Source of the DNA: the human T2T-CHM13v2.0 reference genome, Homo sapiens | Assembly: GCF_009914755.1 (NCBI RefSeq) | Contig: NC_060925.1 | DNA: 64,000 bases | Direction: 5' to 3' (one strand) | The notes under the pieces: model-generated | What the model saw: only the letters and a program-made list of their open reading frames with translations | Told to the model about the DNA's origin: nothing | The model's database searches: none | Position numbers and translations under genes: made by a program | Shown: positions 39,747-58,115 of the stretch, in pieces | Position numbering within the stretch: the first letter of the stretch is position 1 | Layout: the number at the start of each line of letters is the position of its first letter

Positions 39747-40244
39747 TGTTACCAATGCACCAGGCGCTTGGTCTAGGTTCCACTGCTTGCCGCACATAAA
39801 GCCAATCACTGAGATGACAAGTACTGCCAGGAAAGAAGGCTTTAATCGGGTATTGCAGCTGAAGAGATAGGAGAGCAGTCTCAAATCCCTCTCCCTGACC
39901 AACTAAAATTGGGGGTTTATGTAGTGGGGAAGGAATGTAGCTACATGTGGGTAAACAGGAATTAGGGAGGGGTAGGGAAGAAGAGTTGGCCATCAAAAAG
40001 CAGGTGGTTGGTTAGGCAATCATGATGGGTGAGAGGTCTGGCAACTCATTGTCCAGATGCAGTGTTCTGGTGAGTTTCAGCTCCTTGATACTATCTGGGA
40101 GGCCTGATGGTTGGTTTCCTGAGAAAAGGACTCAGATAGGACAAATGTAACTTTCTTAAGTTTTAAGACTGGGACGGTCAATTTCTATGTTTCTTGAAAA
40201 GAAACCAAAAACATAAGTTCTACAGGACAATTGGGCAAGTTTCA
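39747..40244 (-). mobile_element. ERVL solo LTR, LTR47-like, sense to KCNH1
   Basis: Minus strand starts tgaaacttgcccaattgtcc...aacatagaaattgacc and ends ...ggtaaca; ATTAAA at 39841-39846 on the minus strand. Confidence 0.72.
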
Positions 40245-41704
40245 CCATGAGCCTGTGATCTCCACCCTCAGCACAAAAAGCTTTCTCAGGATCATTCAGG
40301 ATATAACTATCTGGAAAGAGGTTAGTGTCCTCCAAAGGGAAGGAATCTCTGGGCACTGAGTCACAATGCATAGGATACAGACCTTGTCCAGTCATAGAAG
40401 CATGCCCTATGTTAGACGCTCAATGAGATTTCAGAAGCTTTGCGGAGAAATTAGGCTTAATAACCTGGTCTTGGTGATCCTGGTGACTACAGTACAGTCA
40501 ATAATCTCCCTCACCTCACCTCTTTTCTGCCCTTGTCAGTATGAGCATGTGCTTCTATTGTCTTCCTTTGATTAGTCTTGTACAATGGAAGCTTCCTAGG
40601 AGAGGCTTGTGTCTGTCCTATTCCCCCAGTCAGACTGGGAGTTCCCCAAAGGCAGATGCTACTTCTCCTAGGATAATGTCACTAGTCCACACTCTCCCTA
40701 ATCCTCTCCTGCTACAACATCCAATGCCAGGCTTTGTCCAGAGGAAGTGCTCATTAAAGGCCATTATTTATGGGGTCAAACAATGCTCATCTTGAAGACT
40801 GATTCTGGAAGGAAAAAAGGGTTTTTCTCTTGATGAAAAATAGGGAAATCAGACTGACTAACCTATCACATTTCTCTAGCATTTTTACTTCCAAAAGTCC
40901 TCTATTGTATTTTTAAATCCTTATAACCACCCTGTGAGGGAGTTCTACAGATGGGAAAATGGAGGCTTTGTAATAATGGAGGTGACATGACTCACCCTGA
41001 GTCATGCAAGGGGTGAGTAAGCAGAGAAGCTGGGAGTAGAAGCAAGGCCACCAGCTCCAAGCCTCTGAGCCTTTTCACTAATCCATCTGCACAGCGTGAA
41101 ATATTTTTCATAGCACACTGACATACATCATCACATCTCATGCAATGGGAAGGCTGGTATTTTGCTTATTTTACAAATTAGGAAAATAGACCCAGAAGGT
41201 AAACTATTTGTTCACAATCACATTGCAGATGACAAAACAGGACTGTACGCTCAAGTCCAGTTTCCTAATTCAGTGCTTTTTTTTTTTTTTTTTTTTTACT
41301 GTACACAGACTCTTGATAACTTACTGTTTTTCTACAGAACCCCTGAATGATAGCAACATGCCTTCCTGTCATCTTATGCAACCAGCTCCTGGTCAAAGGC
41401 ACCATCTCCCACTGTGGACCTTCTCCAGGACTTCCCAATTAAATCCAAAACCAGGCACATCGGCCAGAGCCTGTCTCTCTTAAGAGTACCTACCCTAATC
41501 CCCAAACTACACCTAACTAGAGTAGGAGAGCAAGACCATACCTTGTGATATGGTTTGGCTGTGTCCCCAACCAAATCTCAACTTGAATTGTATCTCCCAG
41601 AATTCCTACATGTTGTGGGGAGACCCAAAGGAAGGTAAGTGAATTATGGGGCCAGTCTTTCCCCTGTTATTCTCATTATAGTGAATAAGTCTCACGAGAT
41701 TTGA

Positions 41705-42043
<339 letters not shown>

Positions 42044-43690
42044 ACTTCTCCCTCATTTTCTCTTGCTGCATTTGCCTGCCACCATGATTCTGAGGCCTCC
42101 CCAGCTATGTGGAACTGTAAGTCTAATTAATCCTCTTTTTCATCCCAGTCTCAGGTATGTCTTTATCAGCAGCATGAAAACGGACTAATACAGTAAATTG
42201 GTACCAGTAGAGTGGGGTGTTGCTGAAAAGATACCCGAAAATGTGGAAGCAACTTTAGAACTGGGTAACAGGCAGAGGTTGGAACAGTTTGGAGGGCTCA
42301 GAAGAAGACAGGAAAATGTGGGAAAGTTTGGAACTTCCTAGAGACTTGATGAATGGCTTTGCCCAAAATGCTGATAGTGATATGGACAATAAGATCCAGA
42401 CTGAGGTGGTCTCAGGTGGAGATGAGGAACTTGTTGGGGACTGGAGCAAAGGTGACTCTTGTTATGTTTTAGCAAAGGGACTGCTGGTATATTGCCCCTG
42501 CCCTAGTGATTTGTGGAACTTTGAACTTGAGAGAGATGATTTAGGGTATCTGGGGGAAGAAATTTCTAAGCAGTAAAGCATTCAAGATGTGACTTGGATA
42601 CTGTTAAAGGCATTCAGTTTTAAAAGGGAAACAGCATAAAAGTTCAGAAAATTTGCAGCCTATGTGATAGAAAAGAAAACCCCATTTTCTGGGGATAAAT
42701 TCAAGCTGGCTGCAGAAATTTGCATAAGTAGCAAGGAACCTAATATGAATCCCCAAGACCATGGGGAAAATGTCTCCAGGGAATGTCAGAGGTCTTCATG
42801 GCAGCCCCTCCCATCATAGGCCCAGAGGCCCAGGAGGAAAAAGTGGTTTCATGGGCTGGGCCCAGGGTCCCTGTGCTGTGTGCAGCCTAGGAACTTGGTG
42901 TCCTGTGTCCCAGCTGCTCCAGCTGTGGCTGAAAGGGGCCAACATACACCTCAGACTGTGGCTTCAGAGGATGGACACCCCAAGCCTTAGCAGCTTCCAC
43001 ATGGTGTTGAGCCTGCAGGTACACAGAAATCAAGAATTGAAGTTTGGGAACTTCCGCCTAGATTTCAGAAGATACATGGAAATGCCTGGATGCCTAGGCA
43101 AAGGTTTGCTACAGGGGCAGGGCCCTCATGGAGAACTCCTTCTAGGGCAATGTGGAAGGGAAATGTGGGGTCAGACCCCACACAGAGTCCCTACTGGGGC
43201 ACTGCCTAGTGGAGCTGTGAGAAGAGGGCCACCATCCTCTAGACCCCAGAATGGTAGATCCAACAGCTTCCACTGTGCACCCAGAAAAGCCACAGACACT
43301 CAACGCCAGCCCATTAAAGCAAATGGGAGGGAGGCTGTACCCTGCAAAGTCACAGGGGCGGAGCTGCCTAAGACCATGGGAACGTACCTCTTGCATCAGC
43401 GTGACCTGGATGTGAGACCTGGAATCAAAGGAGATCATTTTGAAGCTTTAAAATTTGACTGCCCCGCTGGATTTCAAACATGTGTGGGCCCTGTAACCCC
43501 TTTGATTTGGCCAATTTCTCCCATTTGGAACAGCTGCATTTACCCAGTACCTGTACCCCCACTGTGTCTAGGAAGTAACTAGCTTGCTTTTGATTTTACA
43601 GGCTCATAGGTGGAAGGGACTTGCCTTGTCTCAGATGAGACTTTGGACTGTAGACTTTTGGGTTAATGCTGAAATGAGTTAAGACTTCGG

Positions 43691-44323
<633 letters not shown>

Positions 44324-44559
44324 CTAGCCATGTGGAACTGTAAGTCTGATTAAATCTCTTTTTCTTCCCAGTCTTGGGTATGTCTTTATCAGCAGCATGA
44401 AAACAGACTAACACACCTTGAAAATTTTTCGTGTCCAGTAAATATCATCATGCAAAGTGATTTTTGCAGAGAATGGTCAGAGATCATAATATTTTATTCT
44501 AAGCTCTTAAGTCTTATTCCCTGCTACACCTCACTCTTAACTCATGTTTTTGCCTTAGG

Positions 44560-46227
<1,668 letters not shown>

Positions 46228-46238
46228 AAGAATTAGCT

Positions 46239-49240
<3,002 letters not shown>

Positions 49241-49309
49241 AAGAATTAGCTGAAGAACAAATTAAGCCAAAGAAGAAGCTAAATAAAAAGATCCAAATAA
49301 TTATATAAT

Positions 49310-50030
49310 TATTTTTAAACCACTTTACTGAGGTATGATTGTAATGGAAAAAGCTGTGCCTATTTAATGTATACAACTTGAGGAATTTGGAGATAAGTAT
49401 ACTCCTGGGAAACCATCACCACAATCTATGCCATAAACCTTTCCATTACTCCAGAAGAAGTTTCCTCCTGTCCTCTTTATTATTGTCTGATAAACACACT
49501 TAACATAAGTTCTACCCTCTTAGCAAATTTTTAAGTATACAATATTATTAACTATAGTCACTATGCTATACTATATATCTCTAGGACTTATGTATCTTGT
49601 ATAAGTGAAACTTTGTGCCCTTTGACTAATATCTCCCTGTTTTGCCCTCCCCGCAGTCCCTGGAAATCACTATTCTAGTCTCTGCTTCTCTAAGTTTGAC
49701 TATTCTGGGTTAATAATACAAGAGCTATCATGCAGCATTTGTCCTTCTGCGTCTGGCTTATTTCACTTAGCATAACGTCCTCCAGTTTCATCCATATGAT
49801 CACAAATGGCAGGATTTGACTCTTTTGTAAGACTGAATAATATTCCATAGTGTTATACACCCTATTTCTTTATTCACGTAATATAACAAATATACAAAAT
49901 AATGCATTTTCTTTATTCAGCTATCAATAGATATTTAGGTTTCTTCCATGTCTTGGCTATTGTGAATAATACTGCAATGAGCATGGGAGTGCAGCTATCT
50001 CTTCAAGAGCCTGATTTTAATTCCTCTGTA
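49310..50030 (-). mobile_element. L1MA9/10-like 3' end, sense to KCNH1
   Basis: Reverse L1MA 3' UTR (tttaatgtatacaacttg...tctaccctcttagcaaatttttaagtatacaat). Confidence 0.72.
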
Positions 50031-50701
50031 CAATTCTTGACAAAAATATAATATCAAGAACATTCTTAAAATACTATTATAATCATGATATAGACAAGAA
50101 CGGATATGTTATGTTCTAGGTTCATATTCTAATTATGTGTACCTTCCTTGAAGAATAAAAATAAAAGCAAGAGTCCATGTAGACCATGTAATAGCATGAA
50201 AGTTTCCAGCAGATGCCCTTCCCCAGGAGCGAGGGTGTTATGGCATTGGTTATCATTTACTGAGTACTTACTACATGCCCTACCCTGACCTCATAAGCCC
50301 TTTATATTTAGTTCATTTCATTTTCACAACTCTATGAGGTACCTACTATTATCATTCCTATTTTATAAGAAGAAACTAAGGCTTAGAAAAGTAACTTGTC
50401 CAAGGCCACAAAGGTTTTAAGGGTGCAGCCAAGTGTTAAAACCTTTGCCAAGTTTAACTCCAGGGTCCATGCTTTAAACCCCTCTGCTCTCATGCCAGGT
50501 TCCAGGCTGAGTACCTCACATACAAAATACAATTTCATCCTTATAACAACCATGCAAGGTAAATATTGGTCTCTATTTTATAGACAAGGAAAAGTTATTC
50601 AAGAGAGGTTAAGTTGCCCAAAACTTAAGTTGCACAAAGCTAATTAAGTGGTGAAGATGAAATTCAAACCCACATCTAATTCAAAAACCCATAGTCTAAA
50701 T

Positions 50702-51019
50702 TAATACTAACCAATGGAAATAAAATGCAAGCCACAAATGTGAGTCTTATATGATTTAGCAGCCACAAAAAAAAGTAAAAGAAAACAAGTAAAATTTAAT
50801 ATTTTAATCCAATAATTTAATGTAATATATCTAAAATATCATTTCAACAGGTAATCAATATGTAAAATCACTTGTGAGATGTTTTACATTCTTTATTTCA
50901 TACTGAGTTTGAAATCTGATATGCATTTCACACCTAGTATACCTCTCAATTCAGACAAGCCACATCTCAATTGCTTAATAGCTACATATTGCCAGTGGTT
51001 ACCACACTGAACAGCACAG
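50702..51019. mobile_element. MER33-like hAT-Charlie MITE
   Basis: aatggaaataaaatgcaagccaca...agccacatctcaattgcttaatagctac...acagcacag; 8-bp TSD gtctaaa(t/c). Confidence 0.75.
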
Positions 51020-51537
51020 GTCTAAACCATGAAGTTATACTACACCACACGAATATCCTGAACTAACTTAAACAAATATAGGCATTGGTCTCAGACATAG
51101 ATTTGTAATGGATCAACTATATACATATTAAACAACAAAATAATGAAGTAAAAAATGTGAACGCAGGCATGTGTGTACATGCAAAACCGTGAGACAGGGA
51201 GGTGGGGAATGGGCAGGCCATATCAGAAAATGAAGGGATGGTGGGGACACGCTTACAGAGAGGGCTAAAAACACAGTAAGTTCATCAAGGTGCGGCTTTT
51301 GAAAGCCGAACCTGGCAAAGTCTCAGCCTGGAAACTCCAATCTTGGCTTCAGAGCTGATCAACCTTGAGCAAGTCAAGATCTCCATGCCTCAGTTTCCTC
51401 ACCTGAAAAATGAAGCTAATACCACATAGACCAGAGAGATACTATGAAGATCAAATCAGAATATAGATACAAGTGAGTGTGTGTGTGTGTACATTCTTGT
51501 GAATGGTTAAGCAGTATTCAAAAACTAATACTTATGT

Positions 51538-52646
51538 CAGCAAAAGAAATAATTAGCAGGGTAAAAACAGACAACCCACAGAGTGGGAGAAAATATTCTC
51601 AAAATATGCATCTGTCAAATGACTAATATCCAGAATCTACAAGGAACTCAAATCCGCAAGGAAAAAAAAAATCCTATCAAAAAGTGGGCTAAGGACATGA
51701 ATAGACAATACTCAGAAGAGAATATACAAATGGCCAACAAACATATGAAAAAATATACAATGGCCAAAAAATGTGAAAAAAATGAAAACATATGAAAAAA
51801 TAATCCTATCAAAAAGTGGGCTAAGCACATGAATAGACAGCTCTCAAAAGAATATGCAAATGGCCAACAGACATATTAAAAAATGCTCAACATCACAAAT
51901 TATCAGGGAAATGCAAATCAAAACCACAATGCGATACTACCTTACTCCTGCAAGAATGCCCGTAATTTAAAAATTAAAAAATAATAGATGTTGGCATGGA
52001 TGTGGTGAAAAGGGAACACTTTTACACTGCCGGTGTGAATGTTAACTAGTACAATCACTATGGAAAACAGTGTGGAGATTCCTTAAAGAACTAAAAGTAG
52101 ATCTACCATTTGATCCAGCAGTCCCACTCCTGAGTATCTACCCAGAGGAAAGTAAGTCATTATATGAAAAAGACACTTGCACATGCATGTTTACAGCAGC
52201 ATAATTCGCAACTGCAAAAATATGGAACCAGCCCAAATGCCCATCAGTCAACAAATGGATAAAGAAAATGTGGTGTATATACATATATATATATACCACG
52301 GAATACTACTCAGCCATAAAAAGGAACCAAATAACAGCATTTGCAGCAACCTGGATGGAGTTGGAGACCATTATTCTAAGTGAAGTGACTCAGGAATGGA
52401 AAACCAAACATCGTATGTTCTCACTTATAAGTGCGAGCTAAGCTATGAGGATCCAAAGGCATGAGAATGATACATTGGACTTTGGGGACAAGTGGGGAAT
52501 AATGGGGGAGTGAGGAATAAAAGACTGCACATTGGGCACAGTGTACACTGCTCAGGTGATGGGTGTACCAAACCTCAGAAATCACCACTAAAGAACTTGT
52601 CCATGTAACCAAACACCACCTGTTCCCCAAAAACTATTGAAATTTA
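51538..52646 (+). mobile_element. L1PB (PB2-4-like) 3' fragment with internal duplication
   Basis: ORF2 C-terminus and 3' UTR ending ccccaaaaactattgaaat; degenerate 18-bp TSD at 51520-51537 / 52647-52664. Confidence 0.82.
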
Positions 52647-54058
52647 AAAAACTAATAGTTTTGTGCAAATAAAGAAAAATATTACTTCAGGAGATTCCGG
52701 ATGAGAATCAGGAAGTTTCAAGCCTAAAATTGGGGTAGTCCAGAAAGTACTTAGCTTCCTCAAGGATCAGAGACCAAGAAAAGCAGAACTGAAATAGACT
52801 AAGAAGAAAGGGAGACTGATAAAGTTCATTTATTTGAAGAAAAAAAAAATAAAGTAGCCTCACAAACTCCATCAGTTCTATAAAACCTGGAGTCTAATAA
52901 AAACAGCCATTAACTGAATATCTGATGGAGAGCTGGACATGAAAATGGACCCACAAGGAACCCACAGTTTAGAACAGAAGAGAGATGTGTAAACAAATTA
53001 TTAAAATATAATGCAACAAGTGGTAGGAAATGCATATGTAAAAGTACTTTAACAACAAGGGAAAAGAGAAAACAAATTGACTTAGGTGGTCAGAAAAGGC
53101 TTAGATTTTAAAGCGATTGTCAAGATCTCCATTAAAGGATGAGCCACAAGGCAGATAACACTCACATATGTCTGGCATTTTAGGCAAACCAACTGTGTGT
53201 GCAAAAGCTCAGATGTGTAAAGGAAGGCAGTACAAGAGCTTACTTGATAGGAATGTGGTGTGGCTGAAACATAGGGGGTTTTTTGGTTTGTTGTTGTTGT
53301 CATTGTGTTTTGGGGGACTAGAGAGGGCAATACTGGGTGATAAAGCTGAATTAAGGGAGAGCAGGACTTGATGTGCCCTTGATGCACAGGTAAGAAGTTT
53401 TAAGTAAGATAGTTTCATAGTCAAAGTGCTCTTGATGAAGGTAACTGGGCAGCAGTGTGGAGGAGGGCCTGGAAGGGGCCAGTATGGAGGCAAGGAGGCC
53501 TGCTACAAGACCACTGCAGGATTCCAGAAAGAAAAGACACAGGCTTGAACTGGGGAGTAACATTAGACAAAATTGTCAACAAACTCCAAGTTTTCCTGAG
53601 AGCTTGAAGACCTGGCCAATCCACTATGGCCAGAATGGGCCCTAACAAGGGTCGCCAGTACCAGCAGCCTCAAGATCCCCATCTCTCAGGAGTATCAGCT
53701 ATCATCTCCCTGGACAGTGGCAGCAGAAGAAACCAGAGTCAAACACAGAGAACTTTCTCTTTGACACTGGTCCCAGAGTGCTCACCACTTGCCACCAAAT
53801 TGGCTTCACTGGTCATTTAAGGACACAAGTAGAGCACCCTCCATAAATACCACCATCACCATCATCTACAACTGCCTGAACATCTCCCTCTGAGGGTGAT
53901 AAGAAACCTTGGTCCTCTAAACCATTACTCTAGGTACACCCATGCCAGCACCTATATGTGTGTTTCTTTCCATTCCATAGAGTTCCAAAAAGCTTCCCTG
54001 TTTAGAAACGACTTGGGTTTTTATGACTACAAAGTGAGGACAAACTCAGCCCACACAT

Positions 54059-54062
<4 letters not shown>

Positions 54063-54102
<40 letters not shown>
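54063..54102 (+). repeat. Isolated pure poly(A), 40 nt
   Basis: Read directly; no adjacent SINE/LINE body recognised. Confidence 0.95.
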
Positions 54103-54104
<2 letters not shown>

Positions 54105-54794
54105 ACAGCTTGATGCTAACAAGGCTGGGGTGGCGCTCTAGTCACAAAACAAAGCCTGATTTGGGATTTCAGACATCCCTAGCTAAACAACGTCTTAATT
54201 CCCGTCATAAACACCCTTCTCCATAAACCAGGCAGGTGCTATTTTTAGGACTTTTTCCATGATGCACTTGTTCTTTAATGGAAGAGGTAAGGGCAGTGGG
54301 AAGCAATTAAAAGTATTAACCATACGCTTTACACTACAGTCCAGGACCAACCCACATGACACCGTCACAAATACAATCCCACGCTGAAATGCAACTGGGT
54401 AACAATCTCGGTTTCTTCCTATTTTGTTGAGAAATACTTCAGTTGTATTCTTTTAACTTTTAATCTTGAAATCTTCAGTTGTATTTTTTTATTTCAATAT
54501 GATGAAGAATTAGTGGTGAGGCTGGGTCACAGAAATGTTGCTATCATAATCAAGTCAGTCATGAATAGTTTTCCATTATCCATGATCAAGGTAGAAAGGT
54601 GACATGAGCAGAGGAAGGAGTTAATGTGAAAAGAAAATGACATTTACTGAGGTCCCTACCAAGGGTCTGCACTGAACCAAGTGATTGCTTCCTTTTCTCA
54701 TTCATTCATTCAATGAACATTTATCAAGTACCTACTATGTGTCAGAATTGTGTTCGATGGGAGAGAGAACAGTAAACAACCGAGATATTAATAT

Positions 54795-55194
<400 letters not shown>

Positions 55195-57770
55195 TGAACA
55201 CTCAAAGTAGAAAGTGCACATGGCAAGGACAGCTTCTAAGAGGAAGCCTACCTGGAGTGGGGTAGGAGCAGCTGGAAAGGCCTCAAAGAGCACATGTGAG
55301 ATCTACACTGAGACTTGAAGAGTAGGAAGTAGCCCAGCCAACAGATGGAGCAAGAGCTTCCAGGCAAATGGAGGGCATGTTCCAAGGCCCAGCGTCAAGA
55401 GAGAGTGTTTGACAGACATAAGTGCCTCCTGGCTGATGCTGAGGTCAAAGGGGAGTGCAGCTAGTTGAGGCTAGAGAGGTGAGTTTGGTCTTGTAAGTCA
55501 CCATGTAAAATTTAAATTTATCCAAAGAGGCAACAAAAAGACATTAAAGGATTTTTAAGGAGTAATAAAATCAGAGTTGTCTTTAAAAGCATCACAAATC
55601 CTCACAACAATCTCTTAGGATAAGTAGTATTATACTTATTTCATAAGAATGAGGAAAGATTAGGGAGGCTAAGTAACTTTTACAAAGTCACACAGCTGGA
55701 ATGTAGTGGAGCTTTGGAGGAGGATTCGGGTCAGTCTGACTCCAAATCTCTCTCTTTGCACTATGTCATCCTGTCTCTAAAGAAAGAAAAAGAAAAAAAA
55801 ATGCAGAAAATCCCTAAACCTGATTTCAGCTAATCATTTATTACTTTTTCACCAAAATCAAGTGCAGAGTTGATCCCTGGCATCATTGAACAGTTGAGTT
55901 CTCCCCTGCCTGACTTAAGTAAACAAAGTTTATTAAAACATAATAAATACATACACAAAACAGCCCTCCTAGGGAAAAAGCAGAGAATACCCTTCCACAA
56001 AATCCCAGCCTCAGAAAAGAGAGAGCTGATCAGACGGAATTCCGTGGCCCCCATGTGCACAGGCCAGCCTTTAGGGCTGGAAGGCAACAGGAAGGCCATG
56101 CACTGGTTCGGCCACTACCCAAGCTCATTTTCAATGTACCATGAAGCGGTCGTCCAAAACACCCCAGTAATAGCACACTTACAACCTACAGTCACAGCCA
56201 TATTGCCCACCTTGAGATCATTGTGAGTATTTTAAAAGACTCTTTATGAGAGGCAACATTGCTCAAAACCCAGGTACTTACAGTAGAAGCTCCTGTTGCC
56301 AAAGTGACTTTCTTCTCCAAAGCCACAGATCCACATAGTGAGGAGTCATTTCAGCGTTATCACTTTTCCCCTAGTCTGAGGAGCCAAATGAAGCCAACAC
56401 CCAAAAAAGTTAAAGAGAAGAATAGGAAATCTCAATTTTAGAGATTGGCAAACAAGGGAGCTTCTTTCTAGAAAAAGGGGTAACATTTTTTGCTCATGGA
56501 AATCCTAGCAGCTTCCACCAGTGCTACTGGATTTAGGACCAGGAAACTAAGGATTTGGGTATGGCCTCAGCTCTACTACAGCAGCACGCAGGTCACTCAT
56601 CACCAGAAAATGTGTATAGCAAGCCTGACTGTGCATGTGTTCAATAAGTAAAGTTCATCACAACTTTAATTCTCTGTGTATCTGTCCAGCTGCCTGTAGA
56701 GGTGACTGGCTCATGGCCATCTCGCTCCTCATGCACATCCTACAGATGGATGGCTGAAAGCTGTACTCTCAGGCACGTAAGGAAAGCATCCTCTAGATTT
56801 ACCAGACCAAATCTTTGTGTAGTTCATAAAAAAATAGATAATTTCCCTTTAAATTTTTATTTATATGTTAAAATTTAAGATTGAGTAAAACAATTAATAG
56901 CATTGCTAATGGTGAGGGAAGAAAGAAAATGGCTCTTGTGATTAGATAGGCAGTGTAAACTGGCCCAACCTTGTTTTTTCAACTTCAGCACTTTCTACCC
57001 AGTTTTAAATGTTCACATCCTGCCTCCTTACTTTCACTTCTAGTAATCTATCCTATTCATAAGAGCATGAGTGTTTAAAGAGTTATCAGGCAGTAGAGTA
57101 GACTAAGTAAATGCAAGTAAACTGTCCATTTCTACCAAACACATTGAAACATAACAGAAATACAAACCAGTGCAGCCAATGAGAGCTGAAACCAAACAGA
57201 CCAAGAGTTTTTCAGAAGCAGGGGTTATCGGAACCAGTTATGCACTATAGGAGACATGAGGGGAGGCCACAAGCTCTTGCTGAAGCGACAAGGAGCTGCC
57301 CTGATGGAGAAACACAAAACAGAAAATCTCTATTCCATATCTCAAAGATATAAAAAGGAAACTCATCATCTATCTAGAACTTTTGGTAGAAAAAAGGGTT
57401 ATCTGTAAAAAATCAGAACCCCAAGTCTGTGCCATGCCTGGGTAGAGTCAGAATTTACACTGCTTTCATAGTTAGCAGCTCCAAGGCTAAAACTCTTACA
57501 GAAAAGTTGGCCTGAACCAGGCGAAACCATAGTTTGTGACATTGATAAACTCAACTTAACCACCACAATCAGATGCCTCATCAACTGGGGACCCAATGGA
57601 CTCCCACCAAAAAACTCCAGTTGCAGATAAGCTTACCACAAGAGGAAATTAAACACCAAGAGAGAGGATTTAAGGTGTGCCTAAATTCTGAAGCAGTAAA
57701 AAACGAGCAATGTTAGCAGACATGAATAAGACATTATTTTTGAAGAACAGGAAGATTTGAAAAATAACTA

Positions 57771-58115
<345 letters not shown>

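Noticed and set aside
42761-43582. 273-aa ORF as a host or domesticated gene
   Set aside because: It lies within THE1A-internal. Only the C-terminal part follows the MaLR ORF frame, and the upstream part is broken by stops and frameshifts.
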